Positions 18,691-28,561 of a stretch of 64,000 nt of DNA are shown piece after piece. Numbering within the stretch: the first letter of the stretch is position 1; each line of letters begins with the position of its first letter. The translations under genes and the position numbers were made by a program. Location of the stretch: the NCBI GenBank assembly GCA_947628085.1, contig CANQYM010000004.1:48791-112790 (forward strand), written 5' to 3'. The notes under the pieces are model-generated. The model did not search any database. It was not told the origin of the DNA and worked only from the letters and a program-made list of their open reading frames with translations. This DNA is from an uncultured Clostridia bacterium (lineage in GTDB: Bacteria > Bacillota > Clostridia > TANB77 > CAG-508).

Positions 18691-19899
18691 ATGGCTAATA
18701 TTAATGATTATTTATTATGGAGAGGAGATGTTCCAATCAATTCTAATTTTCCATTTAATGAAGTTGACAGCATGATATTAGCAAGATTTGCTTATATGAT
18801 TTTTAGCAAAATAGAAATGAATCCAAAAGAAACAATTGGCTCTATTTCAGAGAAAATGAAAGACTTTCCAAATGAAGAATTCTTATATAATGGTGATAAA
18901 GAATTAATAACAAATTTAGGAGCTAGCAATAGATTTAAAAATCTTCTTGTTACTGACTATGTAGAAAATGTAGACGAGGAAATAGAAAAGCAATTTGGAG
19001 CAATAACAGTTCATTTACCACATTATGAGTTATATGTATCATATTTAGGAACAGATTTTAGCATAAATGGTTGGAAAGAAGACTTTAATATGTCTTTTAT
19101 GGATAATGTTCCTTGCCAAGTTTCTGGAAAAGAATATTTGGAAATGATTGCAAATAAATATAAATTTAAAAAGATTAGAGTAGGGGGACATTCAAAAGGT
19201 GGTAATGTAGCAATTTATTCTGCAATTACAGTTTCTCCTAAAATACAAAATAGAATTATAAAAGTATATAATTATGATGGCCCAGGCTTTAGTAAAAATA
19301 TAATTGAAAAATATGAAACAGATGATATTATTAGTAAAACACAAACTTACATACCACAAGATTCAATAATAGGAAGACTATTAAATCATAAAGAAAAAAT
19401 GCTAATTGCATATAGTACAGAAAAAGGAATTTTGCAACACGATATTTTTTCTTGGCAAGTTATGAAAAATGATTTAGAAAAATCTGATAATTATACATCA
19501 GCAAGTGAAAATATAGACCAAACCATAACAAATTGGTTAGAAGACACTACTGTAGAGCAAAGAAAAGTATTTGTAAATGTAATTTTTGAATTGTTGTTTT
19601 CTACTAATGCAACTACATTTATGGAGCTATATAAAAATTTTACAACATCTTTGCCTTTAGCGCTAGCAAAATATAAAGAAATTTCTCCTGAAGATAAAAA
19701 AGAAGTTGGAGAAATGGCAAAACAGCTTATAACTTATTATGTTGGAACTATTAAAAAACAAGAAATAGATAAACTAAATAATATGAAAACAAAATATATT
19801 TCAAATACAAAAAATAAAATGAAAGAAATTAATGAGAAAATTATGAGTAAATTTAAAAAAGATAAAAAAGCATTACCAGAAGAAAATAAAAAGCCTTAA
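18691..19899 (+). CDS. DUF2974 (Mbeg1-like) alpha/beta-hydrolase family protein
   Basis: The GHSKGG nucleophile-elbow motif is present. Length is 402 aa. A bidirectional terminator (AAGCCTTAaattTTAAGGCTT) lies at 19893-19916. Confidence 0.5.
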   Translation: MANINDYLLWRGDVPINSNFPFNEVDSMILARFAYMIFSKIEMNPKETIGSISEKMKDFPNEEFLYNGDKELITNLGASNRFKNLLVTDYVENVDEEIEKQFGAITVHLPHYELYVSYLGTDFSINGWKEDFNMSFMDNVPCQVSGKEYLEMIANKYKFKKIRVGGHSKGGNVAIYSAITVSPKIQNRIIKVYNYDGPGFSKNIIEKYETDDIISKTQTYIPQDSIIGRLLNHKEKMLIAYSTEKGILQHDIFSWQVMKNDLEKSDNYTSASENIDQTITNWLEDTTVEQRKVFVNVIFELLFSTNATTFMELYKNFTTSLPLALAKYKEISPEDKKEVGEMAKQLITYYVGTIKKQEIDKLNNMKTKYISNTKNKMKEINEKIMSKFKKDKKALPEENKKP

Positions 19900-19918
19900 A
19901 TTTTAAGGCTTTTTTATT

Positions 19919-21517
19919 TTAAAAATTAGAATCTATAAATTTATCAGTAGCTTTTAGTCTTTCTAAAACATATTCTTCAAATTTAGTTAGTTTTTCTTCT
20001 TCATTATTATAATTACTATCAACCCATCTAGTTTTATCTCTATTGAATGCACCAGAATCGTAAATTTGCTTAGAATAATTAGAAATAAGTTCTTTTAAAT
20101 GTGATTCGGAATAGTAAGTGTCTCGTAATTCTTTATATCTATTTTTTACTAAATCATTAATTTTAGTATCATTTAAATTCTTTAGAGCTCCGATTGCATT
20201 TAATTTAAAGTTAATAGTCTCATCAACAGCTACAGCATATTCGTTGGTAAAGTTTTTGCTAGTTTCATTATAAACATTTCCCATAGACAAATCATAATCC
20301 CAAGGAGTATAGATAAAAACATTTTTATTATGATGTTTTTTTATTGATATGAAAACATTTTTTAGAACGTCGGCTTTTGCATTGTCATTTCCTTGAATAA
20401 ATTCTTGGAACAGATAATAATCTATAACATTGTTTATATCACTTATATTATATAATTCATCTACATTTTTACTTTGCAAAAGAGTTACATAATAATTTTT
20501 TAAATATTGCCAGCCAGTAGCTTCATCTTTAGCTTCATTTCTTAATTCATAATTTGGAAGTTTATTTTCTTTATATTCTAAAACATGAGATTCAGTTTCA
20601 TCATATTGATTTTTTGAAAATAGATATTCTTGATTATTATCTATATTTAATTGTTTTTCATCAATACGATATCCTAAAGCATAAAGTCCCCAATATTCAT
20701 TATTTATAAAAAGCTCAAGAAATTTATATTGATTTCCATTAGTTATTCCAAACATATTATTTTTAGCAGAAGCCTCATACCATAAGTTGCTTGCAAAAAC
20801 ATTTCTAATTTTTTCTTGGTCATTGTATGCAGCATATAATATCCAATCATCATCTTTTCTCATACCTAACAAAGATAGGTGATTTTTTCTTGTGTTATTT
20901 CCTAAAGATTCCATTTTTAATGAAAGTTTAAAACATTTTTTAGGAAATACTGCTGATATTTGACCACGAATATGCATTTTTCCATCAGACCTTGTAATTC
21001 TTTTAGCAGATTTTTTACTATTATCAAAAAGATATAAAGACATGTTTATATCTGATGTTCGAGATAAGTTGTCAATATCATTAGACGTAATATTTAATAT
21101 TGGCAAAGTGGTACACCTTAATGCATATATTGTAAATTCAGTATCGTTATATAGCATTATTTCTACACAATCATTATTTTCTATTAAATTATCGGTTATT
21201 TTTTTATTAATTACTAATTTTAAATCGTCTTTATTAGTTTTATAACTAACAGTTGGATTATATCTATTACTATAACTTTCTATTAGGGAATAGTAATAAG
21301 TACAATTAACATTATCAAAAAGAAGCTCATAATCATTGAATTTTAATGATGTTGTAAAATTTTCATTTGTCATTGTTCTTTTACTAATTATTTCATTCCA
21401 AGTTTCATCACTAACTAATAAATCTTCATAATTACAGCTTTTATGATAAAGAAAGACAGAAAATATTAAAATTAATAAAATTAATATTATACAAATTAAT
21501 ATAATTTTTTTATTCAT
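19919..21517 (-). CDS. CotH kinase-family protein (membrane-anchored)
   Basis: A 532-aa ORF with an N-terminal TM anchor. CotH-like segments are present (WDYDLS..G, Y/N-rich). It is the third gene of a VTC - DUF4956 - CotH triad. Confidence 0.55.
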   Translation of the reverse strand: MNKKIILICIILILLILIFSVFLYHKSCNYEDLLVSDETWNEIISKRTMTNENFTTSLKFNDYELLFDNVNCTYYYSLIESYSNRYNPTVSYKTNKDDLKLVINKKITDNLIENNDCVEIMLYNDTEFTIYALRCTTLPILNITSNDIDNLSRTSDINMSLYLFDNSKKSAKRITRSDGKMHIRGQISAVFPKKCFKLSLKMESLGNNTRKNHLSLLGMRKDDDWILYAAYNDQEKIRNVFASNLWYEASAKNNMFGITNGNQYKFLELFINNEYWGLYALGYRIDEKQLNIDNNQEYLFSKNQYDETESHVLEYKENKLPNYELRNEAKDEATGWQYLKNYYVTLLQSKNVDELYNISDINNVIDYYLFQEFIQGNDNAKADVLKNVFISIKKHHNKNVFIYTPWDYDLSMGNVYNETSKNFTNEYAVAVDETINFKLNAIGALKNLNDTKINDLVKNRYKELRDTYYSESHLKELISNYSKQIYDSGAFNRDKTRWVDSNYNNEEEKLTKFEEYVLERLKATDKFIDSNF

Positions 21518-21526
21518 ATTTTTATC

Positions 21527-22195
21527 CTATACAATATCTTCTTGGTCATATTCAATTATAGAAAATTTTTCAACAAATTTTTGCTCTTTTAAATCTTTAG
21601 TTAAATCCTCAGGATTTTTTAGTAGCATTTCTATGGCATAGTCTAAACCTTTAGAAGTAAAGTTTCTGCTTTTAATTCTAAATCTTTTTACATGCTTTTT
21701 TAAAACATCAACAATATTTTTTTCTTCACAATCCTTACAGTGAATAACAAGCACATAAGGTAACTTTCCAAATTTTATATTTTCTAAAACTGCTAAAAGT
21801 ATTGTTACTGCAATAGAAGTTAGAATTGCTACTTCATATAATTGACAGCCACATATAATTCCAATATATACAGACCAAAGAATATATAACATATCTATTG
21901 GATCTTTTACTGCTGTTCTAAATCTTATGATAGCAAGAGCACCAATTGTTCCTAAAGTAATAACAATATTAGATTGTAAGCATAAAATTATTGTTGATAT
22001 GAAAAATGGTAATATTGTTATTAAAATATTAAATTGTTTATTATAAAAACTTCTGTGTGATACAAATCTGTAAATTAAAAATTCATAAACTGATAATACG
22101 AATACAACTAATAAAACAGATAGGGTAGTGGTAACTCCTATATCAATTCCAAATGAATTAAAAATGTTATTAAAAACTTCAATTATTCTACTCAT
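21527..22195 (-). CDS. DUF4956-like integral membrane protein
   Basis: A 222-aa ORF with 4-5 TM helices. It sits between the VTC and CotH genes, and its start overlaps the VTC stop. Confidence 0.45.
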   Translation of the reverse strand: MSRIIEVFNNIFNSFGIDIGVTTTLSVLLVVFVLSVYEFLIYRFVSHRSFYNKQFNILITILPFFISTIILCLQSNIVITLGTIGALAIIRFRTAVKDPIDMLYILWSVYIGIICGCQLYEVAILTSIAVTILLAVLENIKFGKLPYVLVIHCKDCEEKNIVDVLKKHVKRFRIKSRNFTSKGLDYAIEMLLKNPEDLTKDLKEQKFVEKFSIIEYDQEDIV

Positions 22196-22890
22196 AATAA
22201 ATTACCTATTACTTTCTTTCTTCCTATATAATATTTTGAAAAAGAAGTTTGATTAAATCCTGTTGAACAAACTATATTTTTTATATATCCTGGTAAAATA
22301 TCATCAAATTTCACTTCTAAAATATGATAATTATGTTCTTGCAAAGGAAAAGCTACATAATTTCCAGTAAGAAAATTATCAATATCATAAGAAGCAGTGA
22401 TATTTGTATCGATTGTTATACGAATATTTAAAATTGGCTCTATAAAAGCTGTTCTTTCATAGTTAATAATTACTTTAGGTTTAAAACTTTTTGTAATAAT
22501 ATCTACTATGAATTCTTTTAGTAGTGCTTTGTCTGTTTTCCAAAAGATATCCATATAATCACTAGAAATTATTTGATTAAATTCTTTAGTAGTTAAGCTA
22601 CATTTTCTTTTATGACATTTTCCAGATAATTTTTCTTTTTTCTCTAAAAATAGATTTGTACTTAAATCATTATAATATCTAATTCTCCATTTTGACCTTT
22701 TAAAATCACCAGATTCAACTTGTTTTGCTGATGTGTTTTTATAATCATCAAAATACAAACTATGTATAATATAATTTCCATTTTTTGTTGAATTTTCATC
22801 GAGCTGTAATAATGGGGAGAGTCTAGATTTTAATAATTCAAGATTGCAATTTGATAAGATATATTTCTGTTCATTCCTATATTTTTTCAT
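22192..22890 (-). CDS. VTC (polyphosphate polymerase / CYTH-like) domain protein
   Basis: The N-terminus MKKYRNEQKYIL carries the ExKY motif of VTC/CYTH domains. I moved the start to ATG 22890, which has a GGAGG RBS. Confidence 0.55.
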   Translation of the reverse strand: MKKYRNEQKYILSNCNLELLKSRLSPLLQLDENSTKNGNYIIHSLYFDDYKNTSAKQVESGDFKRSKWRIRYYNDLSTNLFLEKKEKLSGKCHKRKCSLTTKEFNQIISSDYMDIFWKTDKALLKEFIVDIITKSFKPKVIINYERTAFIEPILNIRITIDTNITASYDIDNFLTGNYVAFPLQEHNYHILEVKFDDILPGYIKNIVCSTGFNQTSFSKYYIGRKKVIGNLL

Positions 22891-22972
22891 AAAAACCTCC
22901 GTGCAAATTTTATCATAGGATTCTAATAAAATCAATATTTTTGTGTATTTTAAAAGAAATTAACATAAAATA

Positions 22973-23001
22973 TTGAAAAAAAACATAAAAGTTGTTATAA
23001 T
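22973..23001 (+). promoter_or_regulatory. Near-consensus extended -10 promoter upstream of hppA
   Basis: TTGAAA, a 17-nt spacer, then TGtTATAAT. A long 5' UTR of about 180 nt follows. It contains a hairpin (ATAGCCtttatacAGGCTAT) and AGTAACTTT direct repeats. Confidence 0.55.
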
Positions 23002-23183
23002 GGAAATGCATAGCCTTTATACAGGCTATTTGAAATAGAGATTAGGTTTATAAGAAAGGAGATGAAAAGAGAAAACAAAGAGTAACTTTAAGTGAATAGG
23101 AGATGATAACAACAGAAGACAACTAGTAACTTTTGAGAATCTCTGCTAACTCGTTGGACAACGATAGAATGGAGGCAAGTAAC

Positions 23184-25334
23184 ATGACGTATTTGATCAT
23201 CACATTGATCGTGGCAATCACGGCGATTGCTTATGCCATACGGAACTACATTTACCTCAAGGGACTTTCCGAAGGGACTAAGGAGATGGTTCAAATCGCG
23301 AAATTCATTCGCGATGGTGCGAACACTTTTCTTAGGAAACTGTACGCCATTGTTATTCCGGTTATGCTAGCAATAGCTCTTGTGCTGTCAGGAATGCTCG
23401 ACTTCTCAGTCGCTGTTGCATTCATTATTGGCACATTAATGAGCGCAGCGGCTGGAATCTTTGGTATGCAGGGTGCTACTCGTGCGAATGTGCGTGTGGC
23501 AGAAAAGGCAAGAAGCACCCAAAACATCTTTGAGACCCTAAAAGTTGCTGTCCTAGGCGGTAGTATAAATGGACTTTCTACAATGGGCTTCGCTTTGCTT
23601 GGACTGGTGATTGTTTCAATTCTGTATCATAACCAGTTGTTTGACATTAGCGAAACCACGAATAGTTGGGGAATTGGTTACATCCCGATTTCTCAAATAC
23701 TTACCGCCTATGCCTTGGGATGCTCTGTAATTGCCATCTTTGCACGTGTTGCGGGTGGTATATATACAAAGGGTTCAGACACTGCAGCAGATCTTGTCGG
23801 TAAAACGGAAGAACACATTCCAGAGGATGATCCCCGGAATGCTGCGGTTATCGCTGATAACGTTGGCGACAATGTTGGCGATACAGCAGGACTTGGTTCC
23901 GATTTGCTCGAATCCTTTATGGGAACGATTGTATCTACGATAGTGCTCTTGATTCACACTATTGTGAGTTATCTGGCAAGAAACATGGAGTTCAGTCAGA
24001 AACTCTTTGAGAAACTCTATATCTTTCCCATTGTTTTCGTGACTATCGGGCTATTCTCCTGTATGCTCGCTCTCTTCAGATTTTTGAAGAAGAAAGCACC
24101 GGTCGACGATGAGCCAATTAACCCTCATGCAGAGCTTAACAAGTTCACATGGACTTCTGCTGGCCTTACAGCAGTTCTCAATATAGCCTTCACGTTTATG
24201 CTTTTCGGAGGCGAAAATGTTGGTGGTCTGCCTTTTAAGTTTGGATTTGCTTCACTGATTATTTCTGCCGTTGTTGGTATTGTCGCAGGTATTGCCATTG
24301 GCATTATCACTGAAATTTATACGAGCGATGAAAAATCAACAACGAAGAAAATCGTCGAAATTGCTCCCAAAGGGGCATCTTTGGTTATAAATCAAGGTAT
24401 GGCTGGAGCAATGAAGTCGGTTCTTCCGACAGTAATTGTATTGGCCTGCATTGTTCTTATACCATATGCCTGTGCCGGTTTTATTGGAATTGCGATTTCT
24501 GCAGTTGGTATGCTGTCATTTGTTGCAGCAACAGTTACTGTGGACTCGTATGGACCAATTGCCGACAATGCTGGAGGAATTGCCGAAATGGCAAAACTCG
24601 GCGATGATGTCCGCAAAATAACCGATATGCTAGATGCAGTGGGAAATACCACTGCTGCAATTGGTAAAGGACTTGCAATTGGCGCTGCTTCTTCTACCAC
24701 TATTGGTATGATGATTGCTTATGTTTATATCTTTAATCCGCCCACAGCGGAGGTAAGTTTAAACATGATCAACCCGCTAGTTTTCGCAGGACTGCTAGTG
24801 GGTTGTGCAATAACATACTTCTTCTCTGGTATGCTAATCGAGGCAGTAGCTGAAGTGGCTGAAAAAATGGTTCAGGAAGTGCGTAGGCAGTTTGCAGAAA
24901 TCCCTGGACTTCGTGAAGGGGAAGCACTGCCGGACTATAATGAGTGTGTTGAAATCGCTACAGTGGGAGCAATCAAAGAAATGAAGCTTCCTGCAATAAT
25001 TGCGATTATACTACCGATCGTTGGTGGGTTCATTATGGGACCGCTATTTGTTGGTGGCATACTCATGGGCGCTATTCTGTCTGCCATTGTTCTTGCAGTC
25101 TTTTGCGGAAATTCTGGTGGAGCATGGGATAACGCCAAGAAGCTTGTTGAAGCTCTTGGCAAAAAAGGCTACCCAGAACACATCGCAACAGTTGTGGGAG
25201 ACACTGTTGGCGATTCACTCAAAGATACTGTTGGACCGAGCTTGGACATATTTATCAAGATTATGTCCACGGTATCAATATTATTCGCACCACTCTTTTC
25301 TGTATACAACCTAATAAATCTTATCAGCAAATAA
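23184..25334 (+). CDS. hppA: Membrane-bound proton/sodium-translocating pyrophosphatase (H+-PPase)
   Basis: The DNVGDNVGD and VGDTVGD motifs are present in a 16-TM architecture. The start is set at MTYLIITLIV after GGAGG. GC is roughly 45-48% against about 25% in the flanks. A terminator-like hairpin lies at 25362-25385. Confidence 0.9.
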   Translation: MTYLIITLIVAITAIAYAIRNYIYLKGLSEGTKEMVQIAKFIRDGANTFLRKLYAIVIPVMLAIALVLSGMLDFSVAVAFIIGTLMSAAAGIFGMQGATRANVRVAEKARSTQNIFETLKVAVLGGSINGLSTMGFALLGLVIVSILYHNQLFDISETTNSWGIGYIPISQILTAYALGCSVIAIFARVAGGIYTKGSDTAADLVGKTEEHIPEDDPRNAAVIADNVGDNVGDTAGLGSDLLESFMGTIVSTIVLLIHTIVSYLARNMEFSQKLFEKLYIFPIVFVTIGLFSCMLALFRFLKKKAPVDDEPINPHAELNKFTWTSAGLTAVLNIAFTFMLFGGENVGGLPFKFGFASLIISAVVGIVAGIAIGIITEIYTSDEKSTTKKIVEIAPKGASLVINQGMAGAMKSVLPTVIVLACIVLIPYACAGFIGIAISAVGMLSFVAATVTVDSYGPIADNAGGIAEMAKLGDDVRKITDMLDAVGNTTAAIGKGLAIGAASSTTIGMMIAYVYIFNPPTAEVSLNMINPLVFAGLLVGCAITYFFSGMLIEAVAEVAEKMVQEVRRQFAEIPGLREGEALPDYNECVEIATVGAIKEMKLPAIIAIILPIVGGFIMGPLFVGGILMGAILSAIVLAVFCGNSGGAWDNAKKLVEALGKKGYPEHIATVVGDTVGDSLKDTVGPSLDIFIKIMSTVSILFAPLFSVYNLINLISK

Positions 25335-25498
25335 TGATAAACTGCTGTGAAAATATGCGAAGAGCTCCTTGGGGAATTTCCCAGGGAGTTCTTCCTTATA
25401 TGAAAATTAAAATTAAATTTTTAAAAAAATTGATTATTATTAATTGATATGATAATATATTTAAATAGAAATATACAAAAGTAGAGGAGTTAGAAAAG

Positions 25499-25924
25499 AT
25501 GACAAAATTTTTATATTGGATTGTTGAGTTAATTTCAAAAGCACATACTTTCATTATGCATATAAACGATACCTATGAATATGAGTTCACAGATAAAGAA
25601 TTACACTTTATAATTATTGGGTTATTAGGAATTTTTTTAATTATTATAATATATCCAATTTTTAAGCATCTTGCTAAGAAAAATCATTTTCTAACTTTAA
25701 CAGGAATTTATGTTTTTACTTTAATTGTTGTTATAACTTTTGCCATTGAAATTGGACAAAAAATTACAAACACTGGAAATATGGAATTTGCTGATGTGCT
25801 ATTTGGAATTACAGGCTTTGTATCGATGTATATTGGTTTGGCAGTAATTGTTGGAATTATTAAATTTATAACAAGCATTATAAAAAAACATATAAATAAA
25901 GTAGAAAATAAAAACAATGGATAA
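25499..25924 (+). CDS. Hypothetical membrane protein
   Basis: A 141-aa ORF with four hydrophobic helices. A GAGGAG RBS precedes the start. Confidence 0.4.
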   Translation: MTKFLYWIVELISKAHTFIMHINDTYEYEFTDKELHFIIIGLLGIFLIIIIYPIFKHLAKKNHFLTLTGIYVFTLIVVITFAIEIGQKITNTGNMEFADVLFGITGFVSMYIGLAVIVGIIKFITSIIKKHINKVENKNNG

Positions 25925-25953
25925 ATAAAATAATTTACAAAAGAGGAGTATAT

Positions 25954-27273
25954 ATGAAAGAAAAAGGAATTTTACTTCCAATCTTTTCTTTGCCAAGTAA
26001 ATATGGTATTGGTGATTTTGGAAAAGAAGCATATGAATTCATAGATATATTAAGTGAGAATAATATGAAATATTGGCAAATTTTGCCTATAAATGCTTGT
26101 GAAAATTTACCATATTCACCACAAAGTTATTATGCACTAAATGAAAGCTATATATCACTAGATTTGTTAAAAGAAGAAAATTTAATTGAAAATCCTGAAG
26201 TAAGGAAAGATACAAATAGAGTAAAATATGATAATTTTAAAGAAAAATATTATTATGAAGCTTTTAGAAATTTTACTAAAAATGAAGAATATGAGAAGTT
26301 TATCGAAAACAAAGAAATAGAAGAATATGCTGAATTTATAAGTGATTTAAAAGGAGAAGAAAAAGATTATCATTTGTTTCTGCAATATATAGCAAGCAAA
26401 CAATGGCTTAATTTAAAGCAATATGCAAATTCAAAAAATGTGGAAATAATTGGAGATATGCCGATATATCCAACTTTTGAATCAAGCGAAACAAAATATC
26501 ATCCAGAATGTTTTGAAATGGAAAATGGAGAATTTACTTTTGAATCAGGCACACCACCAGATTATTTTAATTCTGATGGCCAAAAGTGGAATAGTCCAGT
26601 ATATAATATTGAAAACATTAAAAATAATAATTATGAATATTTAGTAAAAAGGTTTAAATATTATTTAAAACTATTTGACAAAGTTAGAATAGATTACTTT
26701 AGAGGATATGATTCATTCTTTAAAATACCAATTGGTAAAACTGGAAAGAAAGGCTTTTATGTAGATGGTGTAAGTTATGGATTTTTTGATGAGCTATTTA
26801 AAAACAAAAACATAAAAGTTGATAACCTAATAATAGAAGATTTAGGAGATATAAGAGAAGAAACAATTAAATTAAGAAATTATTATGGATTTACAAGACA
26901 AAAAATTTTACAATTCACAATAGACTTAAATAATTTATATGATAGAGATAATGAATCTGAAAATGTTTTAGTCTATCCAGGAAATCATGATAATTATACA
27001 ATATATGGCTGGTATAAAACTTTAAATGATGAATACAAGGAAAGATTAAAAGAGTTTTTAAGAAGAAATGAATGTTATGATATAAATGTTAATATTGGTA
27101 TGATGCAATATTGTTCAAAATGCAAGGCAAAAATGGCAATAATATCAGTTCAAGATATTTTAGGTTTAGACGATAGTGCTAGAATTAATTTTCCAGGAAC
27201 AATTTCAGAAAGCAATTGGTCTTGGAAACTTACGAGTTTTGATGATTTTAAAGAAAGAATAAAAGACTTTTAA
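25954..27273 (+). CDS. 4-alpha-glucanotransferase (GH77 amylomaltase-like, short form)
   Basis: The N-terminus GILLPIFSLPSKYGIGDFG...YWQILP and the GDMPIY segment match the MalQ/GH77 family. Length is 439 aa. Confidence 0.65.
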   Translation: MKEKGILLPIFSLPSKYGIGDFGKEAYEFIDILSENNMKYWQILPINACENLPYSPQSYYALNESYISLDLLKEENLIENPEVRKDTNRVKYDNFKEKYYYEAFRNFTKNEEYEKFIENKEIEEYAEFISDLKGEEKDYHLFLQYIASKQWLNLKQYANSKNVEIIGDMPIYPTFESSETKYHPECFEMENGEFTFESGTPPDYFNSDGQKWNSPVYNIENIKNNNYEYLVKRFKYYLKLFDKVRIDYFRGYDSFFKIPIGKTGKKGFYVDGVSYGFFDELFKNKNIKVDNLIIEDLGDIREETIKLRNYYGFTRQKILQFTIDLNNLYDRDNESENVLVYPGNHDNYTIYGWYKTLNDEYKERLKEFLRRNECYDINVNIGMMQYCSKCKAKMAIISVQDILGLDDSARINFPGTISESNWSWKLTSFDDFKERIKDF

Positions 27274-27300
27274 ATGAATGTAAATGGGGAGGAAAATATA

Positions 27301-27354
27301 ATGTCTAAAAACATTGATACTGTGCGCACACACACACGGGGACTCATTAAATGA
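27301..27354 (+). other. Out-of-frame upstream start peptide (MSKNIDTVRTHTRGLIK) ending at the (CA)5 tract, with a strong GGGAGG RBS
   Basis: The ATG is 9 nt after GGGAGG. This reading frame is +1 relative to the downstream acyltransferase ORF. The (CA)5 tract at 27327-27336 lies between the ATG and the conserved body of the acyltransferase. Confidence 0.5.
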
Positions 27355-28489
27355 AAATGATGTAATAAAAAATAAAAAAATTGGAAAAGAAAGAGATTCT
27401 AACTTTGAGCTTTTAAGAATATTTGCTATTTTTATGATAATAGTAAGCCATTTTTGCTATCATGGAGGAGTTTTAGAAAATGTAGTAAGTGAAAAAATCA
27501 CAACAAATCTAATAATAACTCAGATTTTATATTTTCAAAATTGGACTATTAGTGTTTTCATAATGATAACAGGATATTTTATGATTAAATCAAAAGCTAA
27601 TTATAAAAAAATAATTAATCTTATAATAGAGATGTTTTTTTATTCAATAGTTTTTATGGGAATATTTTATGGGTTAAATATTGTAAAATTTGATATTAAA
27701 CGATGTATATCTAATATTTTTCCTATTTTTTGGAGCGGAAATTGGTTTGTTAAATATTATATTATACTTTATTTATTGATACCATACCTTAATATATTTA
27801 TTGAAAAACTAAGTAAAGAACAATTACAAAAGGTTATTGTATTATTTTTGATAATTTTTTCTATTATTTCTACTATTACTCATAACGCTTGGAATTTTAC
27901 ATGGCATAATATATTTATATTAGATTATATTATAGGAGCTTATATTAGGCTTTATCCTATAAAGAAATTAGAAAATAATAAAATAAATATAATATCTTTA
28001 TTATTAATTACTATTTTATCTTTAGTTTTTTCAGTAACCTGTATGCTTCTTTCAAAAATATTAGATGTTTCTATTTTGTTTAAAATACCAGGAGCATTAA
28101 TAAATTCTTTTTCATCACCAGTTCCAATTTTAATAGCATTCTTTATTTTTCATTTATTTAAAAATATAAAGATAAAATCTAAATTAATAAACTATATAGC
28201 ATCTTCTACTTTAGGAATATATTTAGTTCATGACAATAGTTTTATTAGAGATTGGATATGGAAAACGTTGGTGCCAAATGCTAACTTTTTAGGATTAAAC
28301 ACACTATTATACATTTTATTTATGCTTGCAAAAGTAGCTATTGTATTTCTAGTTTCTGTTGCGGTTGATAAAATTAGAATTATTTTACTTCAAAAATTAG
28401 AAGATAAACTAAGCAATAAAATTTATAATATATTACTAAATTTTAAAAATTTTATTAAAAGAAAAGTTTATAATAAAATAACATTATAA
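27314..28489 (+). CDS. Acyltransferase-3 family (OatA/OafA-like) O-acyltransferase, possibly phase-variable
   Basis: The FELLRIFAIFMIIVSHF start of the acyltransferase-3 domain and about ten TM helices are present. As written the only start is a TTG with no RBS. The well-placed ATG is out of frame. Confidence 0.6.
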   Translation: MILCAHTHGDSLNENDVIKNKKIGKERDSNFELLRIFAIFMIIVSHFCYHGGVLENVVSEKITTNLIITQILYFQNWTISVFIMITGYFMIKSKANYKKIINLIIEMFFYSIVFMGIFYGLNIVKFDIKRCISNIFPIFWSGNWFVKYYIILYLLIPYLNIFIEKLSKEQLQKVIVLFLIIFSIISTITHNAWNFTWHNIFILDYIIGAYIRLYPIKKLENNKINIISLLLITILSLVFSVTCMLLSKILDVSILFKIPGALINSFSSPVPILIAFFIFHLFKNIKIKSKLINYIASSTLGIYLVHDNSFIRDWIWKTLVPNANFLGLNTLLYILFMLAKVAIVFLVSVAVDKIRIILLQKLEDKLSNKIYNILLNFKNFIKRKVYNKITL

Positions 28490-28561
28490 TTTGAAAATAT
28501 AAAATTTGCATTTTAAAGTCGAAATAATATATAATAGTAAAAAAATGGGAGGAATAAAATA

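Noticed and set aside
23291-25314. Antisense or alternative-frame ORFs inside hppA (23291-23527-, 23731-23943+, 23775-23957-, 24125-24310-, 24392-24700-, 24436-24621+, 24935-25162-, 25000-25314+)
   Set aside because: They are artefacts of stop-codon-poor GC-rich sequence. They have no RBS or start context. The hppA frame explains the region fully.
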